From: Candidatus Latescibacterota bacterium
GTDB lineage: Bacteria; Latescibacterota; UBA2968
NCBI GenBank assembly: GCA_965116885.1
Contig: OZ220741.1
Location: 3,158,932-3,222,931 of the forward strand
DNA: 64,000 bases
Reading direction: 5' to 3'
In this document: in pieces, positions 46,356 to 55,060 of the stretch
How the letters are laid out: every line of letters begins with the position of its first letter
How positions within the stretch are numbered: position 1 is the stretch's first letter
The notes under the pieces: model-generated
The model's database searches: none
The model's input: the letters and a program-made list of their open reading frames with translations, nothing else
Told to the model about the DNA's origin: nothing
Position numbers and translations under genes: made by a program

Positions 46356-47390
46356 ATGTCCGCTATGAAAGCAGCACTTTACAAAGGTATCCGCGAAATA
46401 GAATGGGAAGATGTCGAATACACCCCTCCGGCACCGGGGTATATCACTCTTCAAACGAGAAGTTCTGGTATCTGTGGTAGCGATTTGCACAATTATTTTG
46501 GCGAGTGGAAACCCTCGCTCGAACGCGCCGCGGGGCACGAGTTGTGTGGCACGGTTGCCGAAGTTGGCGAAGGCGTTACGGGTATCGAGGTAGGGGATCT
46601 CGTTACTGCCGAATGTTTCTCGCATTGCGGTACATGCCACTACTGCGTTACAGGTCGCTACAACCACTGCGCCAATCGCAAGTGGTTTTCGGGCGAATCT
46701 CATGGTGGCTTTGCAGAATACACAACTGCACACAAAAATAGTGTCTTCAAATTGCCCGATATGACTTTTGAACAGGGTGCGCTTGTAGAACCCCTCGCTG
46801 TCGCGCATCGCGCACTCGCGCAGGCAAAAGCGTCTTATCAGGATCGGGTGGCCGTGATCGGTGGGGGAACAATTGGTCAACTTTGCCTGGCGGTTGCCAA
46901 AGCTATTGGAGTGCGCGAAACGCTTATCACCACCAAATATTCGCAGCAGGCCGACCTCGCACGCGACCTCGGTGCGGATCACGTCGTCGATATTACGACG
47001 ACCGATGTGAAGGATGTGGTTAAAGACCTCACCGATGGCATGGGGTATGACGCCGTTATCGAAACTGTGGGTACCGCGCAGAATTTCGATGATTCCATCG
47101 CGATATCGCGCCGCCATGCCATGATCGTTCTCGTGGCCGGTTATTTCAAGCCCCTCGAGGTTGACTTGCGCTCAATTGTCTGGTCCGAAGTCAATATCAC
47201 TGGTTCCAATTGCTACGGTTTTAGTGGCATGCGTACTGATTTTGATGTCGCGATTGATCTCATTACTTCTGGGCGCGTGCAAGCTACGAAACTCGTCACC
47301 CATCGCTATCCCTTTGCCGATATCGCCGAAGCTTTTCACACCGCCGCTGATAAAAAATCCGGCTGTGTCAAAGTTCATCTCGTGAGATAA
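46356..47390 (+). CDS. Zinc-dependent MDR alcohol/polyol dehydrogenase (sorbitol/threonine dehydrogenase-like)
   Basis: The catalytic Zn motif GICGSDLH, the structural Zn cysteines CHYCVTGRYNHC and the Rossmann motif VIGGGTIGQ are present. Confidence 0.8.
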   Translation: MSAMKAALYKGIREIEWEDVEYTPPAPGYITLQTRSSGICGSDLHNYFGEWKPSLERAAGHELCGTVAEVGEGVTGIEVGDLVTAECFSHCGTCHYCVTGRYNHCANRKWFSGESHGGFAEYTTAHKNSVFKLPDMTFEQGALVEPLAVAHRALAQAKASYQDRVAVIGGGTIGQLCLAVAKAIGVRETLITTKYSQQADLARDLGADHVVDITTTDVKDVVKDLTDGMGYDAVIETVGTAQNFDDSIAISRRHAMIVLVAGYFKPLEVDLRSIVWSEVNITGSNCYGFSGMRTDFDVAIDLITSGRVQATKLVTHRYPFADIAEAFHTAADKKSGCVKVHLVR

Positions 47391-47395
47391 AACCC

Positions 47396-48598
47396 ATGGG
47401 CATTCGTCTCGGTATTGTTGGCGTGGGGGCATTTGCACAGGGTTTTATCCCCCTGTTCAATGCACATCCAGATGTGGATCAGGTCGTGCTGTGCGATCTG
47501 GATGCTGAAAAACGCCAGAGTAATGCCGAAAAACACGGGATCGTGCAGACGTCGCCTTCTCTCGATGATCTGTGTGATACCGATGTTGATGCTATCGCGC
47601 TTTTTACCCAGAACTGGTTGCACGGGCCGCAGGCAGCGCAAGCACTTCGCGCGGGGAAACACGTCTATTCAGCCGTGCCACCGGGCATGGCACTCGATGA
47701 ACTTCGCGCTATTGTCGAAGCTGTGCGGGAAACGGGTAATATCTATATGCTCGGTGAAACGAGTTACTACTATCCGGCAGTTATCTACTGTCGGCAGCGA
47801 TTTCGCGAGGGCGCGTTTGGCGATGTTGTGTACGCCGAAGCCGAGTATTATCACGACTGGGATCACGGTCTGTACGCTGTTGCAAAGTGGCGCGGCGGAG
47901 AAAATTGGCGCGAAACCGCTGGTGTGCCGCCCATGTTTTATCCCACCCATTCGACGAGTCAGATTCTCTCTATCACGAGCGCGCGTATGACCCATGTTTC
48001 ATGCCAGGGCTTTACAGATCGCCACGAAGATGGAATCTACGCATCAAATAAGTGGCATAATCCGTTCAGCAATGAATCTGCGCTGTTCAAGCTGTCCGAT
48101 GGCAGCACCGCGCGCATCAATGAATTTCGACGTGTTGGTCATCCGGGGGCGGTGCGTATGACGATGTTTGGCACACAGGGCAGCTTTGAACACAATGCCT
48201 CGGGTGCGGTCTGGCTCACAAAAGATCGGTCTGAACGCGAATCTCTCGACGCGCAACTCACCTGCCGAGTAGCGGCAAGGCGCGTTGAGGGCGATATGGA
48301 TAAGGTTACCGCAGACGATGGGACGCATCACTCTGTCGCGCCCATTCATCCGGCTCACCGTTTGCCCGATGCATTTAGAGGTTTGTCCAATGGTCACAAT
48401 GGGTCACATCAGTTTCTGGTTGACGATTTTGTTCGCGCCTGTGTCTCGGGCAAGACGCCGCCGAACAATATTTACGAAGCTGCGCGCTATATGATCCCCG
48501 GCCTCATTGCCCACGAATCGGCCCTCAAGGACGGTGAATTGCTCGAGATTCCCGATTTGGGCGATCCGCCCACAGATAATCGTCTGGAACTCGATTGA
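47396..48598 (+). CDS. Gfo/Idh/MocA family oxidoreductase
   Basis: The Rossmann motif LGIVGVGAFAQG and C-terminal Gfo/Idh/MocA domain are present. It lies 5 bp after the MDR gene. Confidence 0.8.
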   Translation: MGIRLGIVGVGAFAQGFIPLFNAHPDVDQVVLCDLDAEKRQSNAEKHGIVQTSPSLDDLCDTDVDAIALFTQNWLHGPQAAQALRAGKHVYSAVPPGMALDELRAIVEAVRETGNIYMLGETSYYYPAVIYCRQRFREGAFGDVVYAEAEYYHDWDHGLYAVAKWRGGENWRETAGVPPMFYPTHSTSQILSITSARMTHVSCQGFTDRHEDGIYASNKWHNPFSNESALFKLSDGSTARINEFRRVGHPGAVRMTMFGTQGSFEHNASGAVWLTKDRSERESLDAQLTCRVAARRVEGDMDKVTADDGTHHSVAPIHPAHRLPDAFRGLSNGHNGSHQFLVDDFVRACVSGKTPPNNIYEAARYMIPGLIAHESALKDGELLEIPDLGDPPTDNRLELD

Positions 48599-48638
48599 TC
48601 AGTTGTGGGGAGAGTAGAATTCATCCATAAACAGGGAG

Positions 48639-49382
48639 TTGGCCATGTCTTATTTTTCTAATGAAGAAAAAGCCTTTTTTAAAAAAAATGGCTATGTTGT
48701 CAAACCCGACCTGATTGCTCCAGAGCTACTCAAAAATGCGCGGGATGCCGTGTGGGAATATATCGAGGCGGATCGCGATGATCCTCAGACATGGATCAAT
48801 GCGGGGCCAAAAGGCAATCTGCCGTGTAGCGACCATCCCGCAGTCGCGGCTATGAGGACAGACACACCGCTTTACGACATGGCCGAAGAACTCGCGGGTA
48901 AGGGACGTCTTCGCCCGCCTGGCAATGGGCTATGTAAGATGATCTATCCTTGTGGTCATACAGATTGGCAGCCTCCGAGAGGGCATCTGGATGGGTATCT
49001 TATCGAAGGTGTGGCGGATACTTTCACCGTTGCCGTTACCATTAATATCGGCGATGTTTTACCCCGCGGCGGTGGTTTTACCACATGGGCGGGGGCACAT
49101 CTCAAGGTTGCCCGATACTTTCAGGGGCATGCGCTGACTAATTTGAGTGGTCTCAAAGTGCCCGGTTTTTTACATCCCGATACGCGCTATGAACACGCCG
49201 CACCTGCGGGTACGGTTTGCTTTTGGCACCACTATATGTTGCACACGGCCAGTATGAATTGTCGGACAGATATCCGCATGGCGATTGTCAATCGCTTTGC
49301 TTTCAAGAATCTGAGCGATATCCTGTTCGATCTGCCCTTCGATCTGTGGGATCACTGGGAAGGCTTGCGCGATATCAACTGA
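48639..49382 (+). CDS. Phytanoyl-CoA dioxygenase (PhyH)-family Fe(II)/2-oxoglutarate oxygenase
   Basis: The HxD (GHLDGY) and distal His/Arg (WHHYMLHT…R) arrangement is consistent with a PhyH-type double-stranded beta-helix fold. Confidence 0.55.
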   Translation: MAMSYFSNEEKAFFKKNGYVVKPDLIAPELLKNARDAVWEYIEADRDDPQTWINAGPKGNLPCSDHPAVAAMRTDTPLYDMAEELAGKGRLRPPGNGLCKMIYPCGHTDWQPPRGHLDGYLIEGVADTFTVAVTINIGDVLPRGGGFTTWAGAHLKVARYFQGHALTNLSGLKVPGFLHPDTRYEHAAPAGTVCFWHHYMLHTASMNCRTDIRMAIVNRFAFKNLSDILFDLPFDLWDHWEGLRDIN

Positions 49383-49393
49383 AAGGATGCCGT

Positions 49394-50365
49394 ATGGCAC
49401 GAATGAAACGACTTGAAAAGCTCGATGGCTTCGCCAATGTGCAGATGGTCGAAGTCGAACGGCCAGAACCCGGTCCCGATCAGATGCTGATTGAGGTCAA
49501 GCGCAGCTTGATCAGCAGGGGGTCGGAGCTATTTTGGCGATACGTCCGGGAAGAGGCGGTAAGTCCTGAAATGATGGGGTATTCCGACGCGGGTGAGGTC
49601 GTGGGCGTGGGGGCTAATATCCAGGATTTCGCAGTGGGACAGCGCGTCATGGCGAATACCCCGCACGCTCAGTACGTCATTGCCGGCGAAACGGAAAGAT
49701 CCCGGCGCGCTTTCCTCCTTCCAGACGAACTCAGCTATGAGACCGCGACCTTTCTCCCACTCGCGACCAGTTCTGTGATGTGGATGCGCACTTCGCCAAT
49801 AGAACCCGGGCAGACCGTTGTCGTGCTCGGTCAGGGGATTGTAGGTGCGCTGTGCGCTCAGATCGTCTGGGAACGCGATCCCGGACGTGTGATCGTCGTC
49901 GATGCACAGCCTCTCCGATGCGATATCGCGCGGAAACTGGGGCACGAGAATGTGATCGATGTCTCCCAGACCGACTCTGTGGCAGCAGTCAAGGAACTCA
50001 CAGATGGCAAGGGTGCCGACCTCGTCGTCGAGTGCGTCGGTGGCTACGCTGGCATCCAGTCCTTCGAACAAGCTCAGAAGATGCTCGCACCCAGGGGAAC
50101 GATTCACCTCATCGCGAAGTATCAAGGTGCGCCATTGCCCCTGGTAGGGGACGCGTTCATGAACAAGCAGATCATCGCGGGCATCCGCATCGACACACCG
50201 AGAGAGGCGTGTATGCAGGATGCAGCCCAGATGCTAATCGACGGACGGGTCAAAGTCGCCGAACTGATTACCCACAGACTCCCCTGGGAACAAACTCCGG
50301 ATGCGTATCACCTGCTCTATCACAAGCCGGACGAAGCACTCGGCGTTATTCTGGAGTGGGATTGA
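49394..50365 (+). CDS. MDR-superfamily oxidoreductase (non-classical, no catalytic-Zn Cys)
   Basis: A GroES-like N-domain and Rossmann C-domain (VVVLGQGIVG) are present. The start was chosen at the ATG with an AAAGGA SD, and the ORF-track start 49217 is an upstream extension that overlaps the PhyH gene. Confidence 0.7.
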   Translation: MARMKRLEKLDGFANVQMVEVERPEPGPDQMLIEVKRSLISRGSELFWRYVREEAVSPEMMGYSDAGEVVGVGANIQDFAVGQRVMANTPHAQYVIAGETERSRRAFLLPDELSYETATFLPLATSSVMWMRTSPIEPGQTVVVLGQGIVGALCAQIVWERDPGRVIVVDAQPLRCDIARKLGHENVIDVSQTDSVAAVKELTDGKGADLVVECVGGYAGIQSFEQAQKMLAPRGTIHLIAKYQGAPLPLVGDAFMNKQIIAGIRIDTPREACMQDAAQMLIDGRVKVAELITHRLPWEQTPDAYHLLYHKPDEALGVILEWD

Positions 50366-50392
50366 TCTGATTTTGAGCAGGGAGGAGACACT

Positions 50393-51589
50393 ATGAAGAA
50401 ACTTCGATTGGCTGTTGTGGGGTGCGGTGCTTATGAAAGTTCCCGCGCCCGCGGATATATCGCGACGATGGTCAAGCTGACCGATCTCTACGATTTGTGC
50501 GCGATCTGCGATCATAGCGAGCAGTCGTTACAGGTTGTTGGCGAGCGTTTTGGCGTTGATGCGCGATATACCGATTTTGAATCTATGCTCGATCGGGAAA
50601 AGCCAGATGTGGTTTTTATTCTCGTTCCCACAGATGGACAGGCGGTTATGGCTTTGACGGCTATTGAGCGCGGTTGTCATATTATCACGGAGATTCCGTA
50701 TGCCCACACGCTGGCAATTGGCGATGCAATTGATCGGGCGTGCCGGGATAGAGGGGTTGTTTGGGAGGTCGCTGAAAATGTCTGGCTCTGGCCCCAGGAA
50801 CAATTAAAACAAAAGATCGTTAGAGAAGGGTTGCTTGGGAAACTGACGCATGCGCGTCTGTGGTACACCTCTGGTAGCTATCACGGGATCAACGGGGTCA
50901 GGATGATTCTCGACAAGGCCGCGACCCGTGCCCTGGGCTATGCACAATCGGTAGAGGTGTTGCCATATAGCAATTATGGCGGGGTGGAGGAAACGAGCCG
51001 ATGGTGGGAGAGTGCTGTTGTCGAGTTTGAAGATGATGTGGTCTGTCTATACGAAATGTCGCCTGCCGGTGCGCGTGGCAATTTCTGGGATGTCGAAGGG
51101 GTGGAAGGGCATCTTTCGGGCCATGAGTTGGTGCTTTATGGCGGCGGTGAACGCGCATCTTATCCGATTCGGGAGGTGTTTGAGGAGATTGACGGCGAGC
51201 AGGTTCTCTCGGCCGTTCGCGTGGATACCGATCCACCGGTTGTCTGGGAGAATCCATTCAAGTACCAGAAGGTTTCCCATACGGACGATGTGGCTAAAGC
51301 CGCGATTCTCGATAGCCTTCACAGGGCAGTGACAGAGGGAGCAGAACCGCAGTACAGTCCCGCAAATGCACGCAGGGATCTGGAGATCTGGATTGCGATT
51401 CGCGAGAGTGCGAATAGGGGGAGTGTCTGGATCGACCTTCCGCTGACAGAAGAGACGGATCTCGAGCGACGATTTGAAGCCGAATTTGTTCGGCAGTACG
51501 GCGGTCATCCCATTACAGATCGCAAGCGTCTGCTGAATGCGCCTTTCCAGCGTCTCAGTCCACTGTGGACCGTGGCCGGTTGGTTGTGA
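50393..51589 (+). CDS. Gfo/Idh/MocA family oxidoreductase
   Basis: The Rossmann motif LAVVGCGAYESS and the C-terminal Gfo/Idh/MocA domain are present. Confidence 0.8.
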   Translation: MKKLRLAVVGCGAYESSRARGYIATMVKLTDLYDLCAICDHSEQSLQVVGERFGVDARYTDFESMLDREKPDVVFILVPTDGQAVMALTAIERGCHIITEIPYAHTLAIGDAIDRACRDRGVVWEVAENVWLWPQEQLKQKIVREGLLGKLTHARLWYTSGSYHGINGVRMILDKAATRALGYAQSVEVLPYSNYGGVEETSRWWESAVVEFEDDVVCLYEMSPAGARGNFWDVEGVEGHLSGHELVLYGGGERASYPIREVFEEIDGEQVLSAVRVDTDPPVVWENPFKYQKVSHTDDVAKAAILDSLHRAVTEGAEPQYSPANARRDLEIWIAIRESANRGSVWIDLPLTEETDLERRFEAEFVRQYGGHPITDRKRLLNAPFQRLSPLWTVAGWL

Positions 51590-51614
51590 TGCAAATTACT
51601 CAGATCGGAGAGAT

Positions 51615-52283
51615 ATGATGCGTTTTTTAGTGGCATTTTTGTCGATGATTATTGTTTCAGTTCAAACCGTGCAGGCGCAACCGGCGGATGTCAAAAGTCA
51701 TGTTACGGCGCTTAAAGGCAAGACGTTCTGGATTAAGATTGATTTTGTAGAGGTAAATGACGGGATTCGAGGTATTGATGCGGCAAATGTTTTTGAGAAT
51801 GGGGAAGTTTCATACCGCGCCACAATAGGCGGTTTTCGCCAGTCTCAATCTCAGTCTGCAGAGGATTTTGCCGAAGAAGCTCGGAATATCATTATAAGAG
51901 ATGAGCTTGCAGGGTGGAGTGTGCGGGTGATCCAACGAGGTGCGAAAGTTCAAATCCGAAAAGCCGAGGCAAGGGAGAAAGAAGTTTATATTGAACTCGA
52001 CAGACTGTCAGGTGCTCGCCATGCCGTTCGGCTCAAGGTCAATAGAGATAAATACACGATTCCCGAAGTTGAACGTCTTTTCAATGTCGCTTTTGCTACA
52101 AGCGAAGCGGAGTTAGAAGGTGCAGAGGAGACCGTTTTGCTCAAAATGAATATGTCTATTGAAGAAGTGATCGCCCTGAAAGGCAAACCCAAAACGCGCG
52201 TTGACCTCGGCTCCAAAATCGTTCTCACTTACGACGACTTGAAGTTGATATTCAAAGATGGGAAGTTGGTTGATGCGGAGTAA
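51615..52283 (+). CDS. Secreted hypothetical protein
   Basis: The signal peptide MMRFLVAFLSMIIVSVQTVQA is present, with a GGAGAG SD and no recognisable family. Confidence 0.4.
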   Translation: MMRFLVAFLSMIIVSVQTVQAQPADVKSHVTALKGKTFWIKIDFVEVNDGIRGIDAANVFENGEVSYRATIGGFRQSQSQSAEDFAEEARNIIIRDELAGWSVRVIQRGAKVQIRKAEAREKEVYIELDRLSGARHAVRLKVNRDKYTIPEVERLFNVAFATSEAELEGAEETVLLKMNMSIEEVIALKGKPKTRVDLGSKIVLTYDDLKLIFKDGKLVDAE

Positions 52284-52865
52284 AGCATATAATGAAGGAG
52301 CTTATAGAAATTAATATTTCTAAACCACCATCTCCTACGAATCACTCGCAACTCGTCCAGCTATGCTATCCCGTACAGTCCCTCCAGATCCCCACCCTAT
52401 ACCCAATGTCCTTGATGTCTTCGGATCCAGAGACAATGTGATTCGAGAGCACTTTCAGCGCGTTCTCAGTCTCTCTGCGCCAGCGATTCGGAAGTCAAAA
52501 CCGCGGGAACGTCTACTCTTCACATTGCCGGTCGAAACCGGGCTTTGGATGCGAGATTCACCAGCTAATGTGGGGCTTGTATTTTGTGGCTGTTTACGGC
52601 TCTCTTTATTTAATAGTCATCTATGACAAAAATTTATAGGCGCGATATTGCCCTGTGTGCTCAGTTTCCTTATATTGATTTGGTCTATAACAAAGTTGAA
52701 GCCCTGTGACTATCACGATTCATACGATAGAAGACCTCATTTGTATTCGGGGCGATAATTCTGAGTGGCCTGATGTGCCGCGCCCTATCTCCTCGTGCGA
52801 AATGATTGGGAAGCCGCGTGCTATGAACTCGCACTCAAGAAGGTAAATTAGAGAAAGGTTGTGAC

Positions 52866-53093
52866 GTGAAAAATCAAGAAATTACAATTTGCGTAACGCC
52901 AGAGGCTGCTCGCGTTTATCAGTCTGCATCGGTACAAGATCGGCAAAAATTAAATGTTTTGTTAAGTCTGCAATTGAGTGGTTTGAGAAAAAAGTCACGT
53001 CCAATTGAAGATATTATGCGCGAAGCCAGCGAAGAAGCGCGAAAAAATGGTTTGACGCCTGAAATATTGAAAGAACTGCTTAATGAATCATAA
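52866..53093 (+). CDS. Putative VapB-like antitoxin (type II TA)
   Basis: This 75-aa protein overlaps the start of a PIN-domain gene by 11 nt. Confidence 0.5.
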   Translation: MKNQEITICVTPEAARVYQSASVQDRQKLNVLLSLQLSGLRKKSRPIEDIMREASEEARKNGLTPEILKELLNES

Positions 53094-53505
53094 ATCGCGC
53101 TATGTATTCGATACGAATGTCATTGTTAGTGCTCTTCTTTTTGCCCAATCAACATCTGGTCGTTCATTAAAAATTGCGCTGAATCAAGGTGTGTTACTTC
53201 TTTCAGAGGCAGTCGCCGAAGAATTGGAAGAGGTGCTCCGAAGGGATCGTTTTGATCGCTATGTGAAAAGAGAAACACGCAAAGAATTTCTTCAATCGCT
53301 CATTCAAAGCGCAACATTTATTGAAATAATAGCGCACATAGAGATTTGTCGAGACCCCAAAGACGACCAGTATTTGGAACTGGCAGTCAATGGTAAAGCG
53401 GACTGTATTGTCAGCGGGGATGCAGATCTCATTGTTCTAAGTCCTTTTCGAGGAATTGACATATTGCCACCTCATGAATTTCTAATGACGCTCGGTTCCA
53501 AGTAG
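53083..53505 (+). CDS. vapC: PIN-domain toxin (VapC-like, TIGR00305-type)
   Basis: The four PIN acidic motifs are present: YVFDTNV, …EAVAEEL…, DPKDDQYLELA and SGDADL. Confidence 0.7.
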   Translation: MNHKSRYVFDTNVIVSALLFAQSTSGRSLKIALNQGVLLLSEAVAEELEEVLRRDRFDRYVKRETRKEFLQSLIQSATFIEIIAHIEICRDPKDDQYLELAVNGKADCIVSGDADLIVLSPFRGIDILPPHEFLMTLGSK

Positions 53506-53584
53506 AGTCCCTACCTCACATCTCCTGTTTCAACGCTGGCAATATGGGCAGGCGGGCACTTCGCTTTGTGCCGGAGAGAAACCA

Positions 53585-53905
53585 ATGAAGCTAAAATATG
53601 CGGTGGTCTATGAACGCACGCCGAACAACTACTCAGCCTATTCGCCTGATTTGCCGGGCTGCATAAGCACTGGAGAAACCTGGGAGGAGATTCAGGAAAA
53701 TATTCGGGAGGCGGTCACCTTTCACATCGAGAGTCTGATGGAATACGGCGACCCGGTTCCCCAACCGCAGATGTCTATTGAGGAATCAATGGCTTTCCAT
53801 TGCAAAGCCCTCAAAGAGTACAAGGATCCGATTCCTCAACTGGAGACCACAGTAGGCATAGCCGAGGTTGAAGTCAAACCATCACAGGCGGCAAGAGCAA
53901 GTTAA
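53585..53905 (+). CDS. HicB-like (UPF0150) antitoxin-family protein, orphan (no adjacent HicA)
   Basis: The N-terminal YSAYSPDLPGCISTGETWEEIQENIREAVTFHIESL matches the HicB RNase-H-like fold. An internal duplication MEYGDPVPQP / KEYKDPIPQL is present and no DNA-binding domain is evident. Confidence 0.5.
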   Translation: MKLKYAVVYERTPNNYSAYSPDLPGCISTGETWEEIQENIREAVTFHIESLMEYGDPVPQPQMSIEESMAFHCKALKEYKDPIPQLETTVGIAEVEVKPSQAARAS

Positions 53906-54002
53906 TATAAACAGACTGGATTCCAGTTAGCGCCGGAGTGACGGCGTGCTATGTGTGCGGCAGGTTCAATAAGTACGATGTTTATATCTTTCCTATCTAA
54001 TC

Positions 54003-54785
54003 CTATACATTTTCCAGCACATCTCTCATCGCTTTTCCCTCTTCGCGGAACCATTGCATTAAGATGCTCACGTCGGTTCCCACGCAAAAGTGTTTCACGC
54101 CCATGTCCAGATATCGCTTCGCGCCTTTGGCATCTCCGAGTTCTGCCCGGGGCGCGATGCCCATTTTAAGCGATGTTTCGATCACGTATTTTTCGGCTTC
54201 TTGTACTTTTTCCCTATCATAGCCCGTGCTCAGAGAATAATCCCCTGGCCCGAACTGTATCATATCCAGGCCCGGCACGGAAAGCAGTGCTTCCAGGTTT
54301 TCGACGGCTTCCTTCTTTTCGATCATGATCGCAATAACTGAATCGCGACACGACTGAATAAATTCAGCCCCTCCTGTGTCCATACCAAACCGCACGTACC
54401 GGCGCATATTCACCCCGTGATGTCCACCATCCTCTGGCGTGTCGGGTCGCACGGTTTCCACACACGCCTTCACATCTTCTACTGTGCGCACGTCGGCGAA
54501 TAAAATATTCTGAATGCCCGCACCTATGGCGCGGTTTGCAATATGTCCACGTGGGTCTTCCTCGACCTTGATCATTGCCGACATATCGTCGAATAGATCG
54601 ATAGCCCGACCGATATTGTCCATGGTGTGTAAATCATAAGGGGCGTATTCGGATACGTATTCGATATAATCAAACTGTCCCGAATATCCCACCATTTCAA
54701 ATACCGATGGCCACGGGCTGTGTACGTGGGTTCCCAGGCTGGGTTGATCGGCATTGAGCAGTTCTCTCAGCTTATTTCGGCGCAT
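54003..54785 (-). CDS. HpcH/HpaI-family aldolase (4-hydroxy-2-oxo-acid aldolase-like)
   Basis: 260 aa with class II aldolase TIM-barrel motifs (…SPWPSVFEMVGYSGQFDYIEY…, …MIQFGPGDYS…). Confidence 0.7.
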   Translation of the reverse strand: MRRNKLRELLNADQPSLGTHVHSPWPSVFEMVGYSGQFDYIEYVSEYAPYDLHTMDNIGRAIDLFDDMSAMIKVEEDPRGHIANRAIGAGIQNILFADVRTVEDVKACVETVRPDTPEDGGHHGVNMRRYVRFGMDTGGAEFIQSCRDSVIAIMIEKKEAVENLEALLSVPGLDMIQFGPGDYSLSTGYDREKVQEAEKYVIETSLKMGIAPRAELGDAKGAKRYLDMGVKHFCVGTDVSILMQWFREEGKAMRDVLENV

Positions 54786-54995
54786 GGTTCCTCCTTGAAG
54801 GTGTTATGATAGGGCGTCTTATTTCCTATGAATACGCAAAAACAGCGAGAAAATCCAGTGAACTTCTCTGCGCGCATCCAGACCTCGACAATTTTGGGTT
54901 GCCTCTTGAACAAGATGAAGATATACTATTAGTAAGATTTATATAAATTTATTTTTGTGAAAAATATTCGAGATAAATCATTGAAAAACAGCATT

Positions 54996-55024
54996 TTGTT
55001 ATTTCGATTGCTGGGGTATAGAAT
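54996..55024 (+). promoter_or_regulatory. Candidate promoter for the DUF1800 operon: TTGTTA, 17-bp spacer, TAGAAT
   Basis: The -35-like hexamer at 54996..55001 is separated by a 17-bp spacer from the -10-like hexamer at 55019..55024. This lies within a 275-bp AT-rich divergent intergenic region, 37 bp upstream of the ATG at 55061, which has a GGGGGA RBS. Confidence 0.3.
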
Positions 55025-55060
55025 CACAATTAACGAGGTATTTCAGCAAAGGGGGAAACA

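Noticed and set aside
49780-50370. 196-aa plus-strand Arg/Cys-rich ORF
   Set aside because: It is an alternate frame of the MDR oxidoreductase (49394..50365) with a low-complexity translation.
52363-52626. 87-aa plus-strand ORF in the 580-bp spacer
   Set aside because: It has no RBS, no similarity to known families and a low-complexity composition. The spacer is better treated as non-coding or remnant DNA.
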